A stretch of 64,000 nucleotides of DNA from an uncultured virus (IMG/VR IMGVR_UViG_3300033074_001400) (lineage: Duplodnaviria; Heunggongvirae; Uroviricota; Caudoviricetes). The notes under the pieces were generated by a model. The model was not told the origin of the DNA. It was given only the letters and a program-made list of their open reading frames with translations, and searched no databases. Where the stretch lies: the IMG/VR virus record IMGVR_UViG_3300033074_001400, positions 1-64,000 of that record. One strand, given 5' to 3'. The position numbers were made by a program, and so were the translations under genes. This document shows, piece by piece, positions 17,814-27,473 of the stretch (the first letter of the stretch is position 1; the number at the start of each line of letters is the position of its first letter).

Positions 17814-18957
17814 TTTTAATAGGGAAATAAGCAATAAGAAAAAGGCTGAAATTCAATATATTGCAGAAGAACTAAGTTTACAACATAGACATTTACTACT
17901 ACAATGGGCTACAGGATGCGGTAAAGGACTTGCTGTATTACGATGTATATTAGCATCGAAAAGTGAGAAAAAATGGCTTATAGTATGCCCTGAAGTATTA
18001 CAAGTAGAAAACTGGAATAAAGAAATAGAGAAATACGATTTATCTGAAAAACTTAAAGATAAGCTTGAAGGAATAATATGTTATGCCAGTTTGGTTAATT
18101 TTAAAAATAGAGACTTAAATCTGGCCCTAAATGAAGCTCAAAAAGTGAGTGATTTACGTGAAGATATTATATCCACTATTAAATTTGATCAAATTATATC
18201 AGATGGGGCTAAAATACCAGATGTTGTAAAAAGTAGACTTTTTGATATATATCCTTATTTGGAATATGATATACCATTGAAAAAAGCAATAGCAGAAGGT
18301 ATATTGCCAGAACCATCCATCTATTTGATTCCTATAGAGTTAGATGATAAAATTAAACGTAATCCTGTACCAAAAAAAGCATTTCAGCTTACAGATAGAC
18401 AATACTCTGACAAGCTTGATAAAGATATAAAGTATTGGCAAACACGATATGCACAAACCGGAGAGGAATGGAATATCGGAAAAATGGTAGCTTTAGGAAG
18501 TGTTAGGAAGAAATTCTTAGCATCCTTGAAAACAGAAGCTACAAAGAAATTAATTAATCAAATATACGGTAAACGATTTATTTGTTTTACAGGTAGTATT
18601 GAACAAGCTGATGAATTAGGTGGGAATCATGCAATACATTCCAAAAAAGGGAAAAAGCATAACCTCACCACACTAAAAGCATTTAATTCATTAGAAATCA
18701 ATGATATATATGTAAACAACATGGGAAGAGAGGGATTGAACCTCGAAGATATAGAAGCTGGAATAGTAGTACAGCTTGATAGTGGAGAAGATGATGGAAA
18801 TTCGTTTATTCAGAAAACAGGCAGATCAATGAGAGCAGATAGTCCAGAACTATATATTCTCTATTGTAAAAACACTGCTGATGAAAGATATTTGAAGAAA
18901 GCATTACAACATATTGATAATAAATATATAAAAGATTATGAAAATACTGCATATTAG
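17806..18957 (+). CDS. superfamily 2 helicase-like protein
   Basis: ATGCGKG Walker A, EGLNL and QKTGRSMR; Walker B reads NEAQ. Confidence 0.8.
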   Translation: MTDFNREISNKKKAEIQYIAEELSLQHRHLLLQWATGCGKGLAVLRCILASKSEKKWLIVCPEVLQVENWNKEIEKYDLSEKLKDKLEGIICYASLVNFKNRDLNLALNEAQKVSDLREDIISTIKFDQIISDGAKIPDVVKSRLFDIYPYLEYDIPLKKAIAEGILPEPSIYLIPIELDDKIKRNPVPKKAFQLTDRQYSDKLDKDIKYWQTRYAQTGEEWNIGKMVALGSVRKKFLASLKTEATKKLINQIYGKRFICFTGSIEQADELGGNHAIHSKKGKKHNLTTLKAFNSLEINDIYVNNMGREGLNLEDIEAGIVVQLDSGEDDGNSFIQKTGRSMRADSPELYILYCKNTADERYLKKALQHIDNKYIKDYENTAY

Positions 18958-19624
18958 CGATACTCATGCAAATCATGGAATATTTCCAGATCATAGATTT
19001 GAAGGAATAGATATGGTGATACATTCAGGGGACTGCTCTAACTATAGAGAAACTTATAAAAATAAAGACGAAGTATTGAATTTTATAGAATGGTATAAGA
19101 ATGTTCCTATAAAATATAAGATATTTGTAGCTGGTAATCATGATACTAGTATTGAGAGAAAAATTATAAAAAGAGAGCAGTTTGAAGATGTTGGTATTAG
19201 TTATCTTGAACATGAAGCTAGATATCTCAATGGATTATACATATTTGGTAGTCCTTATACACCTACATATGGAGAATGGAGTTTTATGAAAGCTCGTGAT
19301 AAAATAGGAAGATATTGGGAAGATATTCCTTATGGACTTGATGTACTCATAGTACATGGGCCTCCCAGAGGAGTTAGGGATTTATCATATAGTGTATCAA
19401 ATGAACTTGAATTTTGTGGAGATAGAGCTTTATTAAAAGCTGTATATAGAACAACACCTAAACTTATGTGTTTTGGACATATACATAATTTTAAAGATAT
19501 TAATAATCAGGGTGTTTCTACATTTAGTGATATTCCTACTATATTTTCAAATGCAACGTGTGTAGAAGATGGAAGATTTGATAAAGGATTAACTTCTTTT
19601 GGAAATATCATAGATTTAGACTAA
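18938..19624 (+). CDS. calcineurin-like metallophosphoesterase
   Basis: SDTH, HSGD, AGNHD, HGPP and FGHIH motifs. Confidence 0.92.
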   Translation: MKILHISDTHANHGIFPDHRFEGIDMVIHSGDCSNYRETYKNKDEVLNFIEWYKNVPIKYKIFVAGNHDTSIERKIIKREQFEDVGISYLEHEARYLNGLYIFGSPYTPTYGEWSFMKARDKIGRYWEDIPYGLDVLIVHGPPRGVRDLSYSVSNELEFCGDRALLKAVYRTTPKLMCFGHIHNFKDINNQGVSTFSDIPTIFSNATCVEDGRFDKGLTSFGNIIDLD

Positions 19625-19629
19625 ATTTG
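19598..19629 (+). promoter_or_regulatory. Bacteroidota housekeeping-sigma promoter
   Basis: TTTG (19598) - 20 nt - TAAATTTG (19622). Confidence 0.7.
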
Positions 19630-19647
19630 TACAAAAATAAAAATATA

Positions 19648-20313
19648 ATGAGTAAAGTAATTGCAATTGTTGGTGATACTGGTAGTGGTAAGTCCACAAG
19701 TATTAAGTATTTAGACCCTAAGACAACTTACATTATTAATGTAGCTGGAAAAGAATTACCTTTTAGAGGTAGTGGTAAATTATATAATTCTGATAATAAG
19801 AATTATAAGGATATAAGTGGCGCTAAGGAAATTTTAAAATTGTTAAAAACGATTTCTGAAAAAGCTACACATATCAAAAATGTTATTATTGAGGATGGGA
19901 ACTACATTATGGCTTTTAATCTTGTATCTAAAGCCACCGAAGTAGGATACACTAAGTTTTCAGTGATGGCTCAGGATATGGTGAATCTTATTCAGGAAGC
20001 CAAAAAGTTAAGGGATGATCTGAATATTTTCTATTTTTCACATTTGGAAGAAGTAGAAGATAGTGGGGAAGTGGTAAATTATAAGCTGAAAACTGCTGGT
20101 AAAATGATTGATTCTCAGATCAAAATGGAAGGATTATTTACAGTGGTGTTATATGCACTCACTGAATCAAAAGGAGATAAAACTGAATATTTCTTCACTA
20201 CAAATAGATATAAGAAATATCCTGCAAAATCACCTATTGATATGTTTACGGATTTAAAGATAGACAACAACTTACAAATTGTTGTTGATAAAATAAACGA
20301 ATATTATTCATAA
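19648..20313 (+). CDS. AAA_24 / Sak4-like P-loop ATPase (recombinase)
   Basis: GDTGSGKST, IIEDGNY, KTAGKMID and AKSP; likely start MSKVIAIVG at ATG 19648. Confidence 0.8.
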   Translation: MSKVIAIVGDTGSGKSTSIKYLDPKTTYIINVAGKELPFRGSGKLYNSDNKNYKDISGAKEILKLLKTISEKATHIKNVIIEDGNYIMAFNLVSKATEVGYTKFSVMAQDMVNLIQEAKKLRDDLNIFYFSHLEEVEDSGEVVNYKLKTAGKMIDSQIKMEGLFTVVLYALTESKGDKTEYFFTTNRYKKYPAKSPIDMFTDLKIDNNLQIVVDKINEYYS

Positions 20314-20331
20314 AAAGAAAAGGAAAAAATT

Positions 20332-21252
20332 ATGGGCGCAAAAGGAGATGTAAAACAAAGTAAGGCATTAGATGGATTTAAAGTGTATGCAGGATTAGCT
20401 TTGGTTGAGGAGATTGTAGCAATCAATCCAACAAAAGAAGAGAAAGCTAAAATGTATAACTATGAACTTACAGATGAGAGTGAAGACATTAAGTACACGG
20501 GTAAGAATGATGCAGGTGATGATAAGCTTAATTTTGACATTTATTATCGAATAAATGTTAAAGATAGTACACCTCGTAAACATCGTATTTTCTTAGAAAA
20601 TACACCGGCTATTGTTGAGGGTAAGGATGGAAATCCTGATTTGTACGTATTTGTAAATCAAGTGGGTCAATTGGTAAAAGTACCATCTGAAGATGAGCTT
20701 CCTGATTGGTTTAAGTATTTCCAAAAATGGAATGATGATGAGAAAAGGTATGAGAGTACAGATGATAAGAAAACATTCAGAAAATGTTTAAAAGGTGAAG
20801 ATATGCTTGTTCGATTTTTGAGAGAAGCATTAGCACTTGATTATGACAAACCAAGTGCAGAATTAAATTATAATTATAAGAAATTATTTACAGGAAATGT
20901 TCAGGAATTTTATGCAGATTTAACGAGTGAATTATTCCGTCCCTTTGTTGTAATGTTACAAGTAGCTACCTCAAAAGAGGGCACTGAACATTATGAAAAA
21001 TTATGGATTCCAAATAACAATTTTGGAGTGCCTACACTAAGTAAGGATTCTGTTAAATTTATTAACAATAATTGTCAATTCCCTAAAGGATATATGACAA
21101 CTCGTTGGAATAAGTATAAAGAAACACATAAAAATTATCCTCCAAGTGGATATGCACCATTAGCACCTGTATCTGAATATGATGCAGCAAATGATGTAGC
21201 AGCAAGTCAAACAGCAAAACAACCTGCATCTGAGGTAGGTGATGATTATTAA
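20332..21252 (+). CDS. putative single-stranded DNA-binding protein
   Basis: lies between the Sak4-like ATPase and primase; VAINPT motif; acidic-aromatic tail EVGDDY. Confidence 0.55.
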   Translation: MGAKGDVKQSKALDGFKVYAGLALVEEIVAINPTKEEKAKMYNYELTDESEDIKYTGKNDAGDDKLNFDIYYRINVKDSTPRKHRIFLENTPAIVEGKDGNPDLYVFVNQVGQLVKVPSEDELPDWFKYFQKWNDDEKRYESTDDKKTFRKCLKGEDMLVRFLREALALDYDKPSAELNYNYKKLFTGNVQEFYADLTSELFRPFVVMLQVATSKEGTEHYEKLWIPNNNFGVPTLSKDSVKFINNNCQFPKGYMTTRWNKYKETHKNYPPSGYAPLAPVSEYDAANDVAASQTAKQPASEVGDDY

Positions 21253-21264
21253 AAATAAATAATT

Positions 21265-21669
21265 ATGAAACTGAATAGTAATCAGACAAAAGCATTAGCT
21301 AAAAGGATACAGGATCGTCTTTTATTAGAGTCTCCAAAAAGACAACTTCCAAAAAAAGATGAAGAATTTATGGCTAGAAGAATTGATAGAATTAATAAGC
21401 TAGTTAGTCAAAAAAATAAAATAGATGAAGAAATAAGTGTTTTAAAAAAGATGTTGGTTGCAAAGTTTAAAGATGATTATAAGATTACATATTGTCATCA
21501 AATTGATGATAATCTTATTTCCAGAATTAAGTTATATTTACAGGATAGTTATATAAAACCCGTACCTAGTTTATCTACTATAATAGACGATATTCATATT
21601 GGTACTATTGATGGCGATATAAGAGATATTGATTCATTTATTCAAAAAATGGTTAAAAGATATATTTAA
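21265..21669 (+). CDS. hypothetical coiled-coil protein
   Basis: 134 aa. Confidence 0.65.
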   Translation: MKLNSNQTKALAKRIQDRLLLESPKRQLPKKDEEFMARRIDRINKLVSQKNKIDEEISVLKKMLVAKFKDDYKITYCHQIDDNLISRIKLYLQDSYIKPVPSLSTIIDDIHIGTIDGDIRDIDSFIQKMVKRYI

Positions 21670-21670
21670 A

Positions 21671-22654
21671 ATGGGAGCAAAAGGAGAAATAAAACAATCT
21701 CCTATAACATGGGAATACATCCTATCTGTCACTAGTGGTGGATGGGATGTATTTTTTATTGAAATTAGTAAATTTCCAGTGAGTAGGGCTTTTCCAAGTC
21801 CTTTAAGACGAGACAGACATCCATCCTTTACTATCTTTTCAAGAGATAATATATGGATGTACAAAGATTTCTCAAACGATGATGCTGGTGACGCATTAAA
21901 ATTTGTAAAAAAGAAGTATTCTCTCTCAAATAGAGAGGCTATAGATAAGATATGTCAGGATTTGGGAATATCCCAAACAACGAGAGAATATCGCCCTATA
22001 CAAATTATAGATAAAGCTCCAATATATGAACCTAGCGAAATACACATTGGATTTTCTGAAAAAAAGTGGAGAAAAGAACATTATCAATTCTGGGAAGGTA
22101 CAGATGTAGATGAACAACATGCAAGAAAATATAACACATTTGCTGTCAAAGAGTTAGCTATTAATAGACGAAGAGTGAGAATTGGTGATAATGAGGTGGT
22201 ATTTGCTTACTACGCTGAAGATATTGATAAAGTGAAGATATACTTTCCCGAAAGAGAAAAAGGTGAGAAATTTAGAGGAAATGTACCTAATAATTACCTA
22301 TGGAATATTAATAATATAGGACATTGTAATAAACTTGTACTTATAAAGAGTATGAAAGACCTACTTTGTACTTCTATATTTACAGAATGTGTTATTGCAA
22401 CACAAAATGAAAGTGCTAAAATAACTATGTCTGTAGCTGATCAGATTAATAATCTTGCAGATAATATATGGGTAGCATTTGGCTCTGATCCTCAAGGAGT
22501 TGAGCAATCTGTTATTCTTACACAAGAATATGGATGGAATTGGGTAAATCCTCCTAAATCACTACTTCCAGATATAAACGATCCTTATAGTTTGGAAAAA
22601 AGATTTGGTAGAGATGCGTGGAAAGAATGTTTAATTAATAAAGGAGTAATATGA
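21671..22654 (+). CDS. dnaG: DNA primase (crAss-type, TOPRIM)
   Basis: SPLRRDRHPSF..YKDFS..GDA N-domain; KSMKD, QNES and NDP; likely start MGAKGEIK at 21671. Confidence 0.8.
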   Translation: MGAKGEIKQSPITWEYILSVTSGGWDVFFIEISKFPVSRAFPSPLRRDRHPSFTIFSRDNIWMYKDFSNDDAGDALKFVKKKYSLSNREAIDKICQDLGISQTTREYRPIQIIDKAPIYEPSEIHIGFSEKKWRKEHYQFWEGTDVDEQHARKYNTFAVKELAINRRRVRIGDNEVVFAYYAEDIDKVKIYFPEREKGEKFRGNVPNNYLWNINNIGHCNKLVLIKSMKDLLCTSIFTECVIATQNESAKITMSVADQINNLADNIWVAFGSDPQGVEQSVILTQEYGWNWVNPPKSLLPDINDPYSLEKRFGRDAWKECLINKGVI

Positions 22655-23433
22655 GTAATAAGCTGGATATAAGCAAATTTGAGCCAAAATTTCATGAATC
22701 GTGGTGGCCTAAAATGAAGGATTTCTTTGAAACTGAGGATGCATATAATATATATCAATATTTAAAGTTTCGTAGTAATAAAGGAATTGATATATTTCCT
22801 ATATATGCCGATACATATAATGCATTTAATAAATGTAAATATAATGAATTGAGTGTTGTAATTATAGGTATGGAACCATATTCTACAGTGAAAAATGGAA
22901 AAATTATAGCTGATGGCTTAGCCTTTAGTAATAGTTACACTGGAGATATAGAGATGCAACCATCCTTGAAATATTTATGGCATGGAATACAGAATGATCT
23001 TAAATTAGAAAATTTAAAATATTCAACAAATTTAGATTTTTTATCTGAACAAGGTGTATTATTGTTAAATACAAGCCTTACTGTTGAAAAAAATAGAATA
23101 GAAAGTCATCTAAAACTAAGTAAAGATGTATTTCCTACAGCTAATTTATGGGAATCTTTTCAGAAACATTTATTTCAGAATGCTTTATATAGTACTACTG
23201 GTATAGTGTATATACTAATGGGAGCGTATGCTAGAAAATTAAAAAAGTATATAAATCCATTAGGTAACTATATACTAGAAACAGACCATCCTTCTTTTGC
23301 AGCGAGGAATAGAAATGAAGAATGGCTTGCAGATAATGTATTTTCAAAAACCGCTAAAATTCTAAAAGCTAATAACGATATAGAGATATATTGGGATTAT
23401 AATGAATTTTTAGACAAATCTCTTCCATTTTAA
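22651..23433 (+). CDS. ung: uracil-DNA glycosylase (family 1)
   Basis: VVIIGMEPY, ADGLAFS, QPSL, QGVLLLNTSLTV and HPS motifs. Confidence 0.9.
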   Translation: MSNKLDISKFEPKFHESWWPKMKDFFETEDAYNIYQYLKFRSNKGIDIFPIYADTYNAFNKCKYNELSVVIIGMEPYSTVKNGKIIADGLAFSNSYTGDIEMQPSLKYLWHGIQNDLKLENLKYSTNLDFLSEQGVLLLNTSLTVEKNRIESHLKLSKDVFPTANLWESFQKHLFQNALYSTTGIVYILMGAYARKLKKYINPLGNYILETDHPSFAARNRNEEWLADNVFSKTAKILKANNDIEIYWDYNEFLDKSLPF

Positions 23434-23642
23434 TGAAAACAAGAGAACAAGATATAATCGAAGCGAAAGCTGATCTATTTAAACATCGTGCCTTTTGGTG
23501 GGTAATGAATGATTTACAAGAACTTAAAGGGAAAGAATCAGATATTATGTCATTTGTAAAACAACTTCAAAAAAGATATAATATTGATTCTCAACAACAA
23601 ACAAATAATATAAAAACGTTAAGACAGTCTGAGATTTTTTAA
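23433..23642 (+). CDS. hypothetical protein
   Basis: 69 aa. Confidence 0.55.
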   Translation: MKTREQDIIEAKADLFKHRAFWWVMNDLQELKGKESDIMSFVKQLQKRYNIDSQQQTNNIKTLRQSEIF

Positions 23643-23730
23643 CAAACCGTTTTTAACACCGTAATCCTTAAAAAAATATTTTTCTATTAACAACAAATGT
23701 GTATATTTACACAAAATTAAAAAAAAACTT

Positions 23731-24162
23731 ATGTCAACAAGAAATGTAATCGTAGCAAGCGCAGCTTCAAACAAAGCAAAACAAGTATCCACATCAGCAA
23801 CAACGTGGGGTGAATTTAAAAAACAAATTGCAGACCTTCTTACAGGTGATGTAGAAGCAGTATTGAAACCCGGTAACGTTACTCTCACAAGGGATGACGC
23901 TACTCTTCCTGATACCGACTTCAGGGTGTATTTGATCCCTACTAAAAATAAAGCTGGTATGACAGAAGCACAAGCCAGACAACTTGGTGCTGATATTGCT
24001 GAAGCAATTGTTATAGCTGCATCTAAAGCTACAAACGAAGAAGTTAATGCATTGAAATCTGAAATCGTAGAAGTAATTGAAGATTTTTTCGATGTAGATT
24101 TGAGTGATGAGCAGTGCGCTCAATGTAACGAAGCTCTGAATGAAGCTCGTTCAATGATGTAA
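23731..24162 (+). CDS. ubiquitin-like (beta-grasp) precursor with C-terminal helical extension
   Basis: strand-strand-helix (TTWGEFKKQI)-strands pattern ending FRVYLIPTKNKAG at Gly76; first gene of the E2-JAB-E1 operon. Confidence 0.75.
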   Translation: MSTRNVIVASAASNKAKQVSTSATTWGEFKKQIADLLTGDVEAVLKPGNVTLTRDDATLPDTDFRVYLIPTKNKAGMTEAQARQLGADIAEAIVIAASKATNEEVNALKSEIVEVIEDFFDVDLSDEQCAQCNEALNEARSMM

Positions 24163-24184
24163 TAGATTTTTTCAAAAAAAAGAT

Positions 24185-24219
24185 AAAGCGGGAGATATAA
24201 TATCTTCCGCTTTTTTTTT
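24185..24219 (+). terminator. Rho-independent terminator after the Ubl gene
   Basis: AAAGCGGGAGATA-taa-TATCTTCCGCTTT plus T-run. Confidence 0.85.
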
Positions 24220-24236
24220 AATTTTAAAAATATTGA

Positions 24237-25475
24237 ATGGAAGAAGATAAATTACAATTAAATGATTATAGTATAGATATAGGTATATTTATACGATTAA
24301 ATGATGATTGTGAATTAATACAATCAGGAATAGCAGTTAAAGATGCTATATATAAGGTAAATGCATTTTCTGATGCTAGTCAAATATTTAATTTTGAAAT
24401 TCCTGAAACAGGTGCTATAAGTAAAGTTATTGAATATTCACAAATTAAAGAATTTGTTAAAGAGCGAAGCGAAATAGATAAATTTTTTAAATCTCGGAAT
24501 AAAAAAGTTCTAAATGCAATAGAAGCACTTCGTATAAAGGGTAAATTAGTACATCCTGACGATATTTTACCAATTGTTAATGATATTTTTGGAGAAGATC
24601 GTGTATATATTTCTAAAGAACAAATTGATAGATTCTATAATGATTTAGTTTATAGTATATATATTCATTTCCCTGTTTTAAATATAACTAACACATGGGG
24701 TGATAAACATGAAATGCAGGATTTGTATGTTAAATTTACAATAAATCTTGATAGCTCATTTGATCGTTGTTATATTGAAATGCAAGGAAGAAGATTAACT
24801 GCATCTTTAAAGGAATATGAATCTTCTTATGCACATAGTCATTTATCTAGAAGTGCTATACATGGTTTTGAAACATTTTGTCTTGGAAGTAGTGATTTTG
24901 CACGTTTAATTATGGATGTTAAACTGGAAATGAGTGAAACTTGCTGGAATTTAATGTTTATGTCTTTGGAAAACTATCTTAAATGGGAAAGTATAGAAGG
25001 TGGCCCCTATAAATTTATGAGGGATATTACTTATTCCAGAACAATAGATGATGCTATAGTTAGAAAATGTTTATCAAATATAATACAAGGAATTGATAGA
25101 AAAAATTGGCAATATGATGGTGATACATTATCATTAAAAGATGTTAGTGATGTATATGATTATTTTGATAAATATTCAGAATTAAGAAGGGGTTCAGGAT
25201 ATAAAAAAGAAGAAGCGGATGAAATGGTAAAAATAATAAATGAAGAGAGGAGATCATCAATTCTACCGTGGAAAAATGGTGAAGTTATAAAGTTTAGAGC
25301 GTATAATGATATTACAACAGAAAAATCAAAACTTGATGTATCTGTCATAGAAAAATATGCAAAAGTTATATATGAAGAATTTGAAATATTTAATTTAAAA
25401 AAAACAAAAGATGAGTACAAGCAAAGGAATTATGAAAAAATCTTTGGAGAGGTTTCCACTGTCAAACAAGCCTAA
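24237..25475 (+). CDS. prokaryotic E2-like ubiquitin-conjugating enzyme
   Basis: YAHSHL...FCLG (Cys215) matches the His...Cys-Leu-Gly arrangement of bacterial E2s; operon context. Confidence 0.65.
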   Translation: MEEDKLQLNDYSIDIGIFIRLNDDCELIQSGIAVKDAIYKVNAFSDASQIFNFEIPETGAISKVIEYSQIKEFVKERSEIDKFFKSRNKKVLNAIEALRIKGKLVHPDDILPIVNDIFGEDRVYISKEQIDRFYNDLVYSIYIHFPVLNITNTWGDKHEMQDLYVKFTINLDSSFDRCYIEMQGRRLTASLKEYESSYAHSHLSRSAIHGFETFCLGSSDFARLIMDVKLEMSETCWNLMFMSLENYLKWESIEGGPYKFMRDITYSRTIDDAIVRKCLSNIIQGIDRKNWQYDGDTLSLKDVSDVYDYFDKYSELRRGSGYKKEEADEMVKIINEERRSSILPWKNGEVIKFRAYNDITTEKSKLDVSVIEKYAKVIYEEFEIFNLKKTKDEYKQRNYEKIFGEVSTVKQA

Positions 25476-26733
25476 GTTAATTATTACTGAATCATTAGTT
25501 AATAAAATTAATTTTTTACATGATAAGGTAGGAGCTTTTGAATGGAGTGGAGAATTAATAACAAGAGAGGAAGGAACAATTAACGATTTAGATAAATGGA
25601 CTATAATAGCGGAAGATATGTTTCTTGCTGATATAGGTACATCCGGATTTACTGGATATGAGGTAGGTAAAGCAGGATTTAAAAGCTCTGATATTATAGA
25701 ATTATACGATAAATTTCCTGATATTCTTGAAGGAAAACAAAAATTACATCATATTCACACCCATCACCGAATGACTACATTTTTTAGTGGTACAGATTGG
25801 GAAAATCTTGAAGATAGAGCACTGGTAAGTAATTACTTCCTTATGCTTATTGTGAATTTTGATGGTAATTGGTGCGCAAAAGTTGCTTTTAAGGGCAAAA
25901 AAGAAGCAGATAAAGGAACAAGTTTACATTTTGTAAATAATGCTGATGGTTTTGAACCTTTAACATTATCTGGAGAAAAAGATAATGAAGTACTTGTTGT
26001 AATGGATTGCAGAATAGAAGTAGAAAAAAATATTCCAGTTGATGCTGAATTTGAAGAAAGATTTAATGTTGTAAAAGCAGCGATCGAAGAGGAAAAGAAA
26101 AAGAAAGAGGAAGCTTACAAAAAGAAATATCCGTCATATGGAGGTTATTATGGAGGAAGTACTGGAGGAAGTGCATATCAAAGAAAACTCATGCAAGGAA
26201 GTATGTTTCCTGATTTTAGCGAAGATAGTGGAGATCAAGTGGATAAAGAATATAGTCTCAGTCCTAAATATGATAAGGATGGACGTAAAAAATCCAAGAA
26301 AATAATGGAGTTGACAGATAAAGAATGGTGGGAACAAGAGGAAGCTGCAAAAGATGTATTTGAAAAAGATCAAAAAGAGCAGAAAAAAAAGAAAAAGCCT
26401 ACATTTGAATTAAGGCACGCTAAAGCTTTTCTCAATTCTATTCTTGATTCTACATATTTGGGTGATGATTACAGAGATTGTATAGATAAGATTGTTGAAC
26501 AAGATAAACTTTTATTAACAAAAGATGCATTGGATGCATATCTTATTGATTTTCAGATGCTTATGACAGAACATTTTGACATAATTCATATTCATAAATG
26601 TACAGATGATTTTGTCGAATTGCTGGAAATTACTAAAGATTATTTATTTCCATATTCTTTCAGATCAAGACTGATAACAGAAATGATTACTGTAATATCT
26701 GAAGAAATTGAATTAATAAATAAAATTATATAA
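25411..26733 (+). CDS. JAB/MPN+ (JAMM) metallo-isopeptidase with long C-terminal extension
   Basis: EWSG...HTHHRMTTFFSGTD fits the E-Xn-HxH-X7-S-X2-D JAMM motif. Confidence 0.88.
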   Translation: MSTSKGIMKKSLERFPLSNKPKLIITESLVNKINFLHDKVGAFEWSGELITREEGTINDLDKWTIIAEDMFLADIGTSGFTGYEVGKAGFKSSDIIELYDKFPDILEGKQKLHHIHTHHRMTTFFSGTDWENLEDRALVSNYFLMLIVNFDGNWCAKVAFKGKKEADKGTSLHFVNNADGFEPLTLSGEKDNEVLVVMDCRIEVEKNIPVDAEFEERFNVVKAAIEEEKKKKEEAYKKKYPSYGGYYGGSTGGSAYQRKLMQGSMFPDFSEDSGDQVDKEYSLSPKYDKDGRKKSKKIMELTDKEWWEQEEAAKDVFEKDQKEQKKKKKPTFELRHAKAFLNSILDSTYLGDDYRDCIDKIVEQDKLLLTKDALDAYLIDFQMLMTEHFDIIHIHKCTDDFVELLEITKDYLFPYSFRSRLITEMITVISEEIELINKII

Positions 26734-26735
26734 TT

Positions 26736-27473
26736 ATGAGTGTTGCCGAAGGAACAAGATGGAGTGGTGCTGATTGGGCAGATCAGCAAACAGATATTAC
26801 ATTAATTGGTGTAGGAGGTATAGGTAGTTGGACAGCATTAGCTTTATCCAGAATAGGACACAATATTACTATTATTGATCCAGATATTGTAGATGTAACG
26901 AATGTAAAAGGAGGTCAATTTTACAAAAAGTCTAATATTGGTGAACCAAAAGTTGAATGTGTAAAAAAAAATATACTTGAACTTGGATGTAGTAATGATA
27001 TAATTACAATAGCTGATTATTTTGAAGATGCTGAACAAATGGATAGTATTTGTATAAGTGCATTAGATAATATGGAAACCAGAAAAAATGCATTTAATTC
27101 TTGGATGTCTTTTGTAGAAACTGAAAGAAAACATATAGCTCCTATGCCTGCCATTTTCATAGATGGCAGATTATTATTAGAAACGCTTGAAATATTTGCG
27201 GTGGATTATGATAATAAAGATGCTATAAAGGAATATCAGGAGAAATGGCTTTTTGAAGATAAAGATGTTCCAGATTTAGATTGTACAAGTAAGCAAACTA
27301 CATTTAGTGCTATGATTATTGGAGGATTAATAACGTCAGTTTTATGTAATTTTCTTACAAATTGTAAATTAGCTATGGAATTTAGGGATGTACCTTTTCA
27401 TCAGAGAATGTATCTTCCTATTTTTGATTATAAACTTAAAGATGTAGAATTATGTCAGACGAAACCATTTTAG
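26736..27473 (+). CDS. ThiF/E1-like ubiquitin-activating adenylyltransferase
   Basis: LIGVGGIGS, IDPDIVDVTN, ALDNMETR and DGR; Cys in CTSKQT. Confidence 0.9.
   Translation: MSVAEGTRWSGADWADQQTDITLIGVGGIGSWTALALSRIGHNITIIDPDIVDVTNVKGGQFYKKSNIGEPKVECVKKNILELGCSNDIITIADYFEDAEQMDSICISALDNMETRKNAFNSWMSFVETERKHIAPMPAIFIDGRLLLETLEIFAVDYDNKDAIKEYQEKWLFEDKDVPDLDCTSKQTTFSAMIIGGLITSVLCNFLTNCKLAMEFRDVPFHQRMYLPIFDYKLKDVELCQTKPF

Noticed and set aside
26736..27473. ThiF as a thiamine/molybdopterin biosynthesis auxiliary gene
   Set aside because: No thiG/thiS/moaE context; its neighbours are E2-like and JAB genes.
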